From assembly GCA_034420735.1 (NCBI GenBank), contig DAOULA010000001.1, positions 36,743 to 100,742 of the forward strand: a stretch of 64,000 nucleotides of DNA, read 5' to 3'. The notes beneath the pieces were generated by a model. That model ran no database searches. It was not told the DNA's origin and saw only the letters and a program-made list of their open reading frames with translations. The stretch is from Dehalococcoidia bacterium (GTDB lineage: Bacteria > Chloroflexota > Dehalococcoidia > Lucifugimonadales > CAJWER01). Below, piece by piece: positions 54,094 through 63,213 of the stretch (positions within the stretch are counted from its first letter, which is position 1; every line of letters begins with the position of its first letter). Position numbers and translations under genes: made by a program.

Positions 54094-55197
54094 GTGGAAC
54101 AGGTAGGTATCGGGGTCGTTGGATCTTCCGGAGTCATTGGCCGCAGGCACACGGCCGAGGTCGCCGCACTCGCGAACACGCGGCTCGTGGCGGTCCATGA
54201 CCTGAACGCGGATGCCGCCGCCGAGCAGGCTGCGGAGCTGGGCGTGCGGTTCCACGCGTCGCTCGACGACCTGCTGGGCGACCCGGACATCGAGGCCATC
54301 ACCATCGGTACGCCGCACCCGTTCCACCTCCCTGTGGCGCTGGCGGCGTTCGACGCGGGCAAACACGTGCTCACCGAGAAGCCGATCACGGCGACGCCGT
54401 CCGAAGCCGACCGAATGGTCGCCGCTGCCGCCGAGGCCGGAGTGAAGCTCGGCGTCGTCTACCAGAACCGCTTTCGTCCCGAGCTGATACGCATCAAGGA
54501 GATGATAGACGGCGGCGAGTTTGGCGAGCTGTACCGGACGGTGCTCGACGCGGCCAGCTACCGCTCCCAGGCCTACTACGACTCGGGTGGCTGGCGCGGC
54601 ACCTGGGACGGCGAGGGCGGCGGCGTCCTGCTGAACCAGGGCATCCACTACATCGACTACTTCCAGTGGCTCGGCGGGATGCCTGCGTCCCTGACCGCCC
54701 GTGTCTCTGCGCTGATGCACGACATCGAGGTCGAGGACTCCGCCAGCGCCCTGCTGGAGTACGAGAACGGCGCGCACGGCTTCCTTCACTGCAGCACCGT
54801 GCAGGCCCCGTCGCAGACCAGGCTGGAGCTGTGGGGCGAGAAGTGCGGCGTGGTAGTCACCGACGACGAGGTGACGCTCTACAGGCCCGAGGTCGGCCTC
54901 CGCGAGTTCTCGGAGCGTGAGAAGGATGTACCCTTCGCCAAGCCAGAGATCGAAGTATCGCCGCTGGAGCCGGGCGTGTCCTCAGCAGACCACATGAACA
55001 CGATCGACGACTTCGCCCAGGCCATAATCGACGACCGCGAGCCCGCCGCGCCCGGCGAAGAGGGAGTGAAGGGCCTGGAGCTTGCCGCGGCGATCATCTA
55101 CTCAGGATGCACCGGCGAAAGAGCCACCTTCCCGCTCGACCGCGCCAAGTACGACAACCTCCTGGCCGAGCTCAGGGCAGGCCGCCGCTTGCCGTAG
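54094..55197 (+). CDS. Gfo/Idh/MocA family oxidoreductase
   Basis: 367 aa, GTG start: VGIGVVGSSGVIGRRH, and HVLTEKPITATPSEAD. Confidence 0.85.
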   Translation: MEQVGIGVVGSSGVIGRRHTAEVAALANTRLVAVHDLNADAAAEQAAELGVRFHASLDDLLGDPDIEAITIGTPHPFHLPVALAAFDAGKHVLTEKPITATPSEADRMVAAAAEAGVKLGVVYQNRFRPELIRIKEMIDGGEFGELYRTVLDAASYRSQAYYDSGGWRGTWDGEGGGVLLNQGIHYIDYFQWLGGMPASLTARVSALMHDIEVEDSASALLEYENGAHGFLHCSTVQAPSQTRLELWGEKCGVVVTDDEVTLYRPEVGLREFSEREKDVPFAKPEIEVSPLEPGVSSADHMNTIDDFAQAIIDDREPAAPGEEGVKGLELAAAIIYSGCTGERATFPLDRAKYDNLLAELRAGRRLP

Positions 55198-55255
55198 TGA
55201 ACACCTGCCGGGAGTAGGGCCGTCCGGTCACCAAGTTCTTGGTTGACGAACCCAC

Positions 55256-56467
55256 TTATTCGGGCATCTTTACTGTTACTATCTCTGAGGCTGGGCCCCG
55301 TCCCCATTCGTCTACTACCCGGATTTTGTACGAGTAGACCCTTCCAGGCTCCACTTTGTCATCGGTATAGCGTTCCCCGGTGGTCGCCTTACCGACTGTT
55401 GCCCATCGACTTCGAATCTCATCATGACGGCTTATCCGATACTTTGTCGTCTCCGTTTGTGTCTGCGGTGCATTCCATGTGAGAGTGATGTGTGCCCCTT
55501 CTATCGTGGCCATCAGATTATTGGGCGCAAACTGTGGGAGACAAGGCCTGTATATCCTATCCTTAATATCAGTCCAATCTAGTATTCTCTCTGCATCAAC
55601 ATACTGAACGTTGAGTCTACTGTGTATGCAGTACTCATAATCTTCCACACTCTGGCCTTCCTCAAAGTGCTGGCTTTTGGCTAGTGCATAGTCCAGATCC
55701 CTAAGTCTTGCTCGGAATTCAGATAGGGACATAACAGGAGAAGTGGACTTTGTTTCGAATGTGGTTTCGTTTCCAACTAGCCCAGTAGTAGTTGCGAGGA
55801 AATACATCTCCCGGTCTGTGTGGTAGTCCCACACTCGTCGTGTACGGACATTCAACCTGTATTCGGGAGAAGGGTCTCCACTATCGCGATTTAGCAGCAT
55901 CAAGACTTGATGATTCTCATGTCGACTGTTTCGGGCGAAGAGAAGTCGCTCAGAATATGCCTGTGCGGCTGATTCACTTGAACACCACGGCAGGCGATTC
56001 TGTGGCAAATAGCCCGGAGGATGGTCTGGACGCAAGAGTACTTCGATCTCACTTGGGCCACCACCTCTGAGCCATTCATGAACAGAGTATTTCAATCTGT
56101 GTACTGGTCGATAACCGGTGGGCACTGCTTCGGATTCTGCCCTTATTGACACCAAAGATGCGCGAACGACGTGGTCATATCCTCTGAACAACGCCTCGAA
56201 TGGCTTAGGATTGCCGAGGTATGGAGGTGGAATGGCGGACCCCGATGAGCTTCGAGGCGTACGGTTAGAAGTTGATGAGTCAGGAGTTGAAGATGGCCCA
56301 GGACAGACCTCAAATGACAGCACCAACGATGCGACCAAAGCGGTCATTAGGACTATGGGGGCTGAACGGAGAATTCTCTTCGGCTTAAGCTGCGGTCTTT
56401 CCAGCAAATGGCGGGGCAACCTCAATGCCTCTACCGCCCTAGGCTTCCGGAACGCCTGCCTCGGCAA
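55256..56467 (-). CDS. Hypothetical secreted/anchored protein with a C-terminal fibronectin type III domain (strongly low-GC)
   Basis: 403-aa ORF. TM/signal segment IVLMTALVASLVLSF. C-terminal ITLTWNAPQTQTETTKYRISRHD...YSYKIRVVDEWGRGPAS resembles FN3. The start is uncertain: TTG 56467 overlaps the upstream gene by 29 nt, and TTG 56425/56419 or ATG 56347 are alternatives. Confidence 0.55.
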   Translation of the reverse strand: MPRQAFRKPRAVEALRLPRHLLERPQLKPKRILRSAPIVLMTALVASLVLSFEVCPGPSSTPDSSTSNRTPRSSSGSAIPPPYLGNPKPFEALFRGYDHVVRASLVSIRAESEAVPTGYRPVHRLKYSVHEWLRGGGPSEIEVLLRPDHPPGYLPQNRLPWCSSESAAQAYSERLLFARNSRHENHQVLMLLNRDSGDPSPEYRLNVRTRRVWDYHTDREMYFLATTTGLVGNETTFETKSTSPVMSLSEFRARLRDLDYALAKSQHFEEGQSVEDYEYCIHSRLNVQYVDAERILDWTDIKDRIYRPCLPQFAPNNLMATIEGAHITLTWNAPQTQTETTKYRISRHDEIRSRWATVGKATTGERYTDDKVEPGRVYSYKIRVVDEWGRGPASEIVTVKMPE

Positions 56468-57278
56468 TCAGTGCGCGGAGCGCAGTGACCGCCCGTGTCA
56501 TCCCCTCTGCGCCGCTGAATCCGCCGCGCTTGCCCGCGACCTTGAGGTGAGGTTCGAGCGCCAGGAAGCCCCTGTAACCGGCATCCCGGAGTTTGGCGAG
56601 GAGCTCGGGAATCTGCCCGTCCCCATCACCCGCGACGGTGATCGTCTGGTCCGCAACCAGGGCGTCCTTCACCTGCACGTAGTCGGTGTACTCGGCCAGG
56701 AGCGGCCACCCGCGATCGACGGCGCGCTCCACTCCTGAATGGGGGAAATTCCCCGTGTCCCAGACGAACCGCAGGCTCGGGCTTCCCACTCCCTCTACGA
56801 TTGCCCTGCACCGCTCAGGAGTATCACCGACCAGGCCGCCCTCGTTCTCCAGCAGCAGGACAGCGTCTCGCTTGCTTGCCGCTTTCGCCATCTCGCCAAG
56901 CCTGGAAATCGACTCGTCGACGCAGGCGTCCTGCTGCCCTTCGGCGTCAGGGTAGAAGGAGAAGATACGCACTCTATCGGTGCCCAGCATCCCGGCGATG
57001 TCCAGGATGCGCTCCAGGTCGCGGACCACCTCGCCGATGGGCTGGCCTATCGGTGACTTGCCGACTGGGCTGCCGATGCAGCTCACGCGAATCGAGTGTG
57101 CCTCGCAGCGGTCCTTCAGGCGGCTCACCTCGCCGTCCGACAGCTCCAGCACGTTCGTCCCCCAGGCCCTGCGAAGCTCCAGGTAGCCGATGTCGAGCTC
57201 GTTCAGGACTCGCAGCTGCTCGTCGACATCATCTGCAATCTCGTCGCCGAATGCGCTCAGGGTGAACTGCGCGGTCAT
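56439..57278 (-). CDS. Sugar phosphate isomerase/epimerase (xylose-isomerase-like TIM barrel)
   Basis: 279 aa: GYLELR, VLLLENEGG, FVWDTGNF, FLALEPH. ATGA overlap with the upstream GMC gene. Confidence 0.85.
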   Translation of the reverse strand: MTAQFTLSAFGDEIADDVDEQLRVLNELDIGYLELRRAWGTNVLELSDGEVSRLKDRCEAHSIRVSCIGSPVGKSPIGQPIGEVVRDLERILDIAGMLGTDRVRIFSFYPDAEGQQDACVDESISRLGEMAKAASKRDAVLLLENEGGLVGDTPERCRAIVEGVGSPSLRFVWDTGNFPHSGVERAVDRGWPLLAEYTDYVQVKDALVADQTITVAGDGDGQIPELLAKLRDAGYRGFLALEPHLKVAGKRGGFSGAEGMTRAVTALRALIAEAGVPEA

Positions 57279-58840
57279 AGCCCCTCCCCTATGAAGGCGG
57301 ACACACGCTCGCCGATTACCAGCGAGGTGACGTTGGTGTTGGCGCGGATGCAGTCGGGCATGATCGATGCGTCCGCGATCTTCAGGTTCTCGAGGCCCCG
57401 CACGTTCCCGAACTGGTCCACCACGGCCATCGGGTCGGAGTCAGGCCCCATCTTGCAGGTGCCCGATACGTGATGGCTGGTCATCACCCCGCGCTTGAGC
57501 CACTCGTCCAGCGCCTCGTCCGACTCCAGGTCCGCGTCGGAAGGCTCCACGCGCTCCTTCACGAGGGAGGCCCAGCCCTCGTGGTCCGCAAGCTCCAGGC
57601 AAATGCGGACGCCCTCACGCATCCGCGACCTGTCGAACTCCTCCTGCAGGTAGTTGTAGTCCAGGAACGGCTGGATGTGCGGGTCGCTGTCACGCAGCCG
57701 CAGGCTTCCCGCCCCCACAGCAAGGTCGAGGCACACGACCATCAGGATGCCGCGCTCGTATTCGGAGTTAGCGCCGAAGGGCCTTCGGCCGACGAGGCCC
57801 CGCGAGCCAGGGTGTATGAGCATGTCGTTCGGTAGATGCGAGCCCTCGGCGGTGTAGCGAAGGGTCATCTGGATGCCGGGTATGCCTTCCGGCTGGTCGA
57901 AGTCATCGGCCTTCCGCCACGTCACCCACACCTGGGGGTGGTCGCGGAGATTTTCTCCCACGCCAGGCAGGTCGTGCACGAGAGGCACGCTCATCGACTC
58001 CAGGTGCTCCGCGGGTCCTACGCCCGAGAGCAGCATGAGATGAGGCGAACCGATCGCGCCCCCGGCCAGGATGATGTTCCGGCCCTCGATGTCCTTGATC
58101 TTTCCGCCGGTCTCCGTGGTGACGCCAACTGCCCGCTTGCCGTCGAACAGCACCTTGTGGACGAGGGTCTTCGGCAGGATGGTCAGATTGGACCTGCCCC
58201 GGATGCCCCTCAAATAGCCTATAGCCGTGCTCCAGCGTATCCGGCCGGGATTGTTGAGCGGCGTGGGGCCGACCCCGGTTGTGTCGGGAGCGTTGTGGTC
58301 CGGGCAGTCGGGGAAGCCGCGTGCCAGGGCCGCCTCGTAGAAGGCGCGCTGGTCTTCGTTCCACTGGTCGGGCTGGAAGCGCCTCACTATGATCGGGCCT
58401 TCGGACCCGTGGAAGTCTCCCGCAAAGTCGGTGTCCGTCTCGACCATGCGGAAGTAGGGCATGAGCTCCTCGAAGCTCCACCTGTCATTGCCCCACGATG
58501 CCCACGTGTCGTAGTCCTCGGGCACGCCCCTGAGGAATATCTGGGCGTTTACGGCGCTGGACCCGCCCACGACCTTGCCCCTGGGCACGATGCCGGGTGG
58601 AGCCTCGTCCGTATACCGCGCTACGAAGCTCCAGCGATGATCGCTGACGGGGGTCCTCCACGCGGGTTCCTCATTGCCGTAGCCGTACTTCACATCGTCA
58701 GGGATCTTGTCGAAGTTGGGGTAGTCGGGGCCCGCCTCGATGAGCAGCACCGAATGTTCCGGGTCAGCCGACAGGCGCGCCGCAAGGATGGCTCCGGCCG
58801 ACCCGGCGCCTACGATGATGGTGTCATATGAGTCGGGGAT
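57275..58840 (-). CDS. GMC-family FAD-dependent oxidoreductase
   Basis: The tracked ORF starts at a GTG inside the Rossmann fold (..SVLLIEAG). My upstream translation gives IPDSYDTIIVGAGSAGAILAARLSADPEHS. No ATG/GTG/TTG lies in frame after the upstream TAA, so I place the start at ATC 58840, 7 nt after GGGAG (CTG 58870 is an alternative). The C-terminal SHHVSGTCKMG active-site region is present. Confidence 0.8.
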   Translation of the reverse strand: MPDSYDTIIVGAGSAGAILAARLSADPEHSVLLIEAGPDYPNFDKIPDDVKYGYGNEEPAWRTPVSDHRWSFVARYTDEAPPGIVPRGKVVGGSSAVNAQIFLRGVPEDYDTWASWGNDRWSFEELMPYFRMVETDTDFAGDFHGSEGPIIVRRFQPDQWNEDQRAFYEAALARGFPDCPDHNAPDTTGVGPTPLNNPGRIRWSTAIGYLRGIRGRSNLTILPKTLVHKVLFDGKRAVGVTTETGGKIKDIEGRNIILAGGAIGSPHLMLLSGVGPAEHLESMSVPLVHDLPGVGENLRDHPQVWVTWRKADDFDQPEGIPGIQMTLRYTAEGSHLPNDMLIHPGSRGLVGRRPFGANSEYERGILMVVCLDLAVGAGSLRLRDSDPHIQPFLDYNYLQEEFDRSRMREGVRICLELADHEGWASLVKERVEPSDADLESDEALDEWLKRGVMTSHHVSGTCKMGPDSDPMAVVDQFGNVRGLENLKIADASIMPDCIRANTNVTSLVIGERVSAFIGEGL

Positions 58841-58919
58841 GTTCGAACTCCCATGTATGACTTTGCGCAGGAACGATTATACGCCGAATCGCACCCCTAC
58901 TGCATATCCGGAATGTGTG

Positions 58920-60071
58920 TTAGTCGAACCAGGTCTCGCCGGGCATCAGGTACCGGCGCGCCTCCTCCTCGTCCAGCTCGACTCCCAGTCCGGGCCCCTC
59001 CGGCACGTCGATGAAGCCGCCGGAGATCGACGGCCTGTAGTCTCCAAGTATCCTGTCCCAGCCGGGCATGGCGTGGAACTCCAGCGCCAGCAGGTTCGGG
59101 ATGGCAGCGCATGCGTGGAGCGCCCCCGCGATGCCGATGGGGCTCGACGCGTTGTGCGGGCAGACCAGCATCTGCTGCATGTCGGCCATCTCGGCGACCT
59201 TCTTGCCCTCGTACAGTCCGCCGCATATCTGGAAGTCGGGGGCGGCGACGCGCATCGCGTTCCGCCGGTAATACTCCAGGAACTCCTGCCTCAGGTGCAG
59301 TCCCTCGCCCGTCAGCGTTGGGACATGCGTCGATGCGGTGAGGGCCGCCCAGGCGTCGACGTCCGTAGGCGGCAGCAGGTCCTCGGCCCACGCGAGGTCG
59401 TACGGTTCCATCGCCTTCACGAACCTCATCGCGTTGGCCAGGGTGCCGCACCGACCCTCAACCGACACCTCGATGTCGTCGTCCACCCTATCGCGGATTT
59501 CGTCCATCAGCCCGACGATGCGGCCCAGTCCCTTCCGCGTCAGGTGCTTGTCCATGACGGCGCCGGGGATGTCCTTGACGGCATTGGGAGTGACGTCGAA
59601 CTTCAGGATGGAGATGCCCATCTCTGCGTACACGTCCTCCAGCTCCAGGTACGAGTCGAGCCCACCCACGCAGCAGTAGAGCCTCACCATGTCCCTGTGC
59701 TTGCCGCCGAGCAGCTTGTACACGGGCACCCCGGCGGCCTTGCCCGCCAGGTCCCAGAGCGCCGTCTCGATCCCACTCACCGCGTGCACGGCGTTGCCGC
59801 TGTTGACGTGGGAGCCCGCAAAGACGGCATATGCCGTCGGCACCATGCTGCGGTGCAGGACCTCGACGTTGGTCGGGTCCCTGCCGATCAGCAGGTCCCT
59901 GAGCTCAGTAACCGCGGCGTTGGTCTGTGGGCTCGCCCAGGTGTCGCCATAGCCGACCAGTCCCTCCGCCGTCTCCACTCGGATGAGCAGCCAGCGACGC
60001 GTCCACTGCCCCCACGGGGCCTCGATTGCCGCCGTCTTGACGTCGGTGATCGTGAGCGTGTTGGAGCTCAT
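58920..60071 (-). CDS. Enolase-superfamily enzyme (mandelate racemase/muconate lactonizing, dehydratase-like)
   Basis: Start at ATG 60071 (MSSNTLTITDVKTAAIEAP...LIRVETAEGLVGYGD). KFDV, WAEDLLPP, and GEG metal-ligand regions. Confidence 0.85.
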   Translation of the reverse strand: MSSNTLTITDVKTAAIEAPWGQWTRRWLLIRVETAEGLVGYGDTWASPQTNAAVTELRDLLIGRDPTNVEVLHRSMVPTAYAVFAGSHVNSGNAVHAVSGIETALWDLAGKAAGVPVYKLLGGKHRDMVRLYCCVGGLDSYLELEDVYAEMGISILKFDVTPNAVKDIPGAVMDKHLTRKGLGRIVGLMDEIRDRVDDDIEVSVEGRCGTLANAMRFVKAMEPYDLAWAEDLLPPTDVDAWAALTASTHVPTLTGEGLHLRQEFLEYYRRNAMRVAAPDFQICGGLYEGKKVAEMADMQQMLVCPHNASSPIGIAGALHACAAIPNLLALEFHAMPGWDRILGDYRPSISGGFIDVPEGPGLGVELDEEEARRYLMPGETWFD

Positions 60072-60155
60072 GGAATAGTGACCTGCCGTGTGCGGGGGAT
60101 TTGCCCAGTGGCGATTCCTACTATATCGTTTGGCGTCGTGACACGCACTGAAGAT

Positions 60156-61550
60156 ATGAGCACCCCTCCAGTCCTGCAGCACATAGCGGACCGGTTCGAG
60201 CCCGACCATCTCGACAGGGTGTTCCGCTATCTCGCCCAGCCCAGCATCTCGGCACTGGACATTGGCGTCCGGGACATGGCCGACATGCTGGCGGCGGACA
60301 TCCGTGAGCTCGGCGGCACGTCGGAGGTCGTGGAGACGGCGGAGCTGCCGGTCGTCTTCGGGCGCATCGACGAAGGGGCCGACAAGACCCTCATTCTGCA
60401 CGGCCTCTACGACGTTACGCCCGCGGACGAGCCCGCGTGGGGGACCCCGCCATTTGAGCCGCAGATCAGGCGCGTCGAGGGCGTGGGGCGGGCCGTGGTT
60501 GGCCGCGGCGCGGAGGACATGAAGACCCCCATCGCGGCGGCTATGAACGTCGTCGCTTCATACCGCGCCGCCAACACCCCGCTGCCGGTCAACCTGGTGT
60601 TCGTGCTGGAGGCGTCAGAGCTCGGCAGCGGCGGCATACGCGAGTTCGTGCCCTCCCGTGTCGAGGACCTGCGCATGGTCGATGCCGTGCACTGGCTCTG
60701 TCCCCTGGCCCATCCGGACGGCGTGCCCATCGTGCCCCTCGGTGTGAAGGGAAACCTGATGGGGCGGCTCGTTTGCAAGGGCGGCGGCTGGGGCGGGCCT
60801 ATCGGAAACGAGATGCACGCGCTGAACTCCAACTGGGTCGGCAACCCGGCGGTCAGGCTCAGCCAGGCCGTCGCTTTCCTGGAGCGCAGCCTAGAGGACG
60901 AGTACGCGCGAGGCGGCGGCTGGCAGCCGTCGGACATCCAGCGAAGGCTCGCACATGAGCTAGCCGCCCGGCTCGATCCGGAGCGAATCAAGGCCGACCT
61001 TGGGGTGAGCCGTTTCCGGTACGATACCTTCGAAGAGGCGGTCGCGGCGCACCTGTTCCGCACCCAATTCACCGTCACCGGGCTCCGGTCCGGCTTCGTG
61101 GGGAGCGGCAAGTCCGTAAAGGTCAGCATACCGTCGGACGCCGAGGCGGTCGTGAACATGCGGTTCCAGCCGGGACAGGACCCGGATGACGGCATCGCCA
61201 ACATCCGGCGGATGCTCGACGAGGGCGGCTGCGCCGACATCGCATTCCGGGTCGGAAACGCGTACGCTGGAGGCGGGACGGAGCCCGATCATCCGCTCGT
61301 GCGGTGCTTCCTCGAAGCCCACCAGGATATGGCGGCGGAGCCGGAGGTCTGGCCCGTGCATCCCATAGCCATCCCCGTAGCCCTGTGGACGCGGGACGTC
61401 GGGCTTCCCTGGGTTGGAGGTGTGCCGTGCCACGCCGGGAACAAGCACGCGGCGAACGAGTACGCACAAGTGGAAGGTATCCGCCGCTCCGAGGAGTTCC
61501 TGGTCAGGTTCTGGGAACGCCTCGCGACAGCAGACATGGAGAGGAAGTGA
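60156..61550 (+). CDS. M20-family metallopeptidase/deacylase
   Basis: The real gene is the 3' part of tracked ORF 58740..61550. Start at ATG 60156 (MSTPPVLQHIADRF...). LILHGLYDVTPA, GRGAEDMKTP, and CHAGNKHAANEY. Confidence 0.8.
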   Translation: MSTPPVLQHIADRFEPDHLDRVFRYLAQPSISALDIGVRDMADMLAADIRELGGTSEVVETAELPVVFGRIDEGADKTLILHGLYDVTPADEPAWGTPPFEPQIRRVEGVGRAVVGRGAEDMKTPIAAAMNVVASYRAANTPLPVNLVFVLEASELGSGGIREFVPSRVEDLRMVDAVHWLCPLAHPDGVPIVPLGVKGNLMGRLVCKGGGWGGPIGNEMHALNSNWVGNPAVRLSQAVAFLERSLEDEYARGGGWQPSDIQRRLAHELAARLDPERIKADLGVSRFRYDTFEEAVAAHLFRTQFTVTGLRSGFVGSGKSVKVSIPSDAEAVVNMRFQPGQDPDDGIANIRRMLDEGGCADIAFRVGNAYAGGGTEPDHPLVRCFLEAHQDMAAEPEVWPVHPIAIPVALWTRDVGLPWVGGVPCHAGNKHAANEYAQVEGIRRSEEFLVRFWERLATADMERK

Positions 61551-61551
61551 G

Positions 61552-62448
61552 ATGAAGAAGCGAGTATTGGTGACCGGCGCGACCGGCTACATTGCGAGCC
61601 TGATGCTCCCCACGTTCCAGGAGCGTTATGAGCTGGTGCTCACGGACGTGTCGAGCACCATGAGGCTGACCGGCGTTGAGATTCCGGGAGTCGTGACCGC
61701 GGACCTGATCGACCACGACCGCACCAGTTACGCGGACCTGTTCGAGGGCGTCGACGCAGTGGTGCACCTGGGTTACCGGCGCAGGGACGACCGGCAGCCC
61801 AGTCCGGAGAATCCGCGCTCCATCGACTCCTACTTCGAAGAGGTGCAGAACGTGCACATGGCCTACAACGTGATGCGGGCCGCTTTCGAGGCCGGCGTGC
61901 GGCGCTTCGTCTGCGCAAGCTCGAACCACGCCGCCGACTGGTACGAGCACAACCTCGTGCACGACCGGAAAATGGAGATGGTGGACCCGTACGACCTGCC
62001 CCTGGCCGACAACTTCTACGGCTGGGCGAAGGCCGCCTACGAGCACATGGGCTTCCTGTTCGCGTGCGGCGAATTCGGCCGGAAGATGGAGGTCGTGATG
62101 GTCAGGATTGGCTCTCCGGTCGAGGTCGATCTCGAGAGGTTCGGCGGAGACCCCCAGGCGCTCAAGAGGAGCTTGGGCGCCCACATCAGCCCGAGGGACA
62201 TCACCCAGCTATTCGTGCGGGGCATCGAGGCGCCCGACATCGAGAACGAGCACGGCATCCCGTGGCAGGTGGTGTACGGGATCAGCGGCAACACGCGGGC
62301 CTTCTGGTCGCTGGAGAGCGCGCGGACCGTGCTGGGCTACGAGCCCGAGGACGACTCGGAGGTCAAGTACGCCCCTGAAGCCCAGCGGCTCCTCGCGGCC
62401 CTGGGCGAGGGCGCGAAGGGCCGCCTCGGTGCGAACAAGACCTCCTGA
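61552..62448 (+). CDS. NAD-dependent epimerase/dehydratase family protein
   Basis: Start at ATG 61552 (MKKRVLVTGATGYIAS). YGWAKAAYE (YxxxK). Confidence 0.85.
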   Translation: MKKRVLVTGATGYIASLMLPTFQERYELVLTDVSSTMRLTGVEIPGVVTADLIDHDRTSYADLFEGVDAVVHLGYRRRDDRQPSPENPRSIDSYFEEVQNVHMAYNVMRAAFEAGVRRFVCASSNHAADWYEHNLVHDRKMEMVDPYDLPLADNFYGWAKAAYEHMGFLFACGEFGRKMEVVMVRIGSPVEVDLERFGGDPQALKRSLGAHISPRDITQLFVRGIEAPDIENEHGIPWQVVYGISGNTRAFWSLESARTVLGYEPEDDSEVKYAPEAQRLLAALGEGAKGRLGANKTS

Positions 62449-62457
62449 GTCGTGCGC

Positions 62458-63195
62458 CTAGGGGCCGCCGCCCTGCCCTCGCTGGCGGCCGCCCACACCC
62501 GGCCCTACTGCAAAGCCCTGTCCGGCGCCGAGGTCCATGCCCTCTGGGATGATGGTGATCGTGCTGGCCTCGATCGTTCCGCTCTCGTCGCGGACACCGC
62601 CGACGGTGATGAGAGTGCCGGTCGCCAGTTCGTCGGCACTCACGTCCGAGATCTGTCTTAGAGTCGTATCCTCTGTCAGCTTGACAATGACCACGCCGGC
62701 GGGGCTCTCGATCCTGAGCTCGGACCCCTCCACGGAAGTGAGCGTCCCAAAGGCTCCGCCGCCGAATCCTGCGGCCGCAGCGAAGCCCCGGAAGCCCGCG
62801 GCTCCCGCGCCAGTCCCAACTCCACCAGCTGCCCCTGCTGTAGTTCCGGCAGAAGCGGCGGCCGTTCCACCACCCTGCGCGGCTCCGGCAGCCGCCTGAC
62901 CTCCGCCCTGCCCTAGCTGGCCGCGGATCTGCTGCCTCAACTGCGCGGCGGCCTGGTCGGCCTGGCCCGACTGCGCCTGCTGGCGGAACTGGGCGAACGC
63001 CGCCGCAGCGCCATCGGGCAATGCGGGCGCGTCTGCCGCCGCCTCATCCTCGGCCTGGTTCTTGCCGACGACGGTCCCACCAAAGAATGCCCCGGCCACC
63101 ACTCCGACGAACACGAGGGTCAGCGCCACAAGCACTATGAACGCCTTCGTGTTGCCCTTATCGTTCGGCTTCTGCTCAACGGAATCGTTGTTCAA
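62458..63195 (-). CDS. Hypothetical membrane-anchored protein with an Ala/Gly-rich low-complexity linker
   Basis: 245 aa. N-terminal TM AFIVLVALTLVFVGVVAGAFFGG, a long A/G/Q-rich tract, and a beta-rich C-terminal part (GTLTSVEGSELRIESPAGVVIVKL...). Downstream of the FtsX-type permease. Confidence 0.5.
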   Translation of the reverse strand: MNNDSVEQKPNDKGNTKAFIVLVALTLVFVGVVAGAFFGGTVVGKNQAEDEAAADAPALPDGAAAAFAQFRQQAQSGQADQAAAQLRQQIRGQLGQGGGQAAAGAAQGGGTAAASAGTTAGAAGGVGTGAGAAGFRGFAAAAGFGGGAFGTLTSVEGSELRIESPAGVVIVKLTEDTTLRQISDVSADELATGTLITVGGVRDESGTIEASTITIIPEGMDLGAGQGFAVGPGVGGRQRGQGGGP

Positions 63196-63213
63196 CTGTC
63201 CCTCCTGTCACGA

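Noticed and set aside
58740-60155. 5' two thirds of the 936-aa ORF 58740..61550
   Set aside because: Only the part from ATG 60156 has M20 peptidase motifs. The upstream part is antisense to the enolase-superfamily gene and is compositionally junk.
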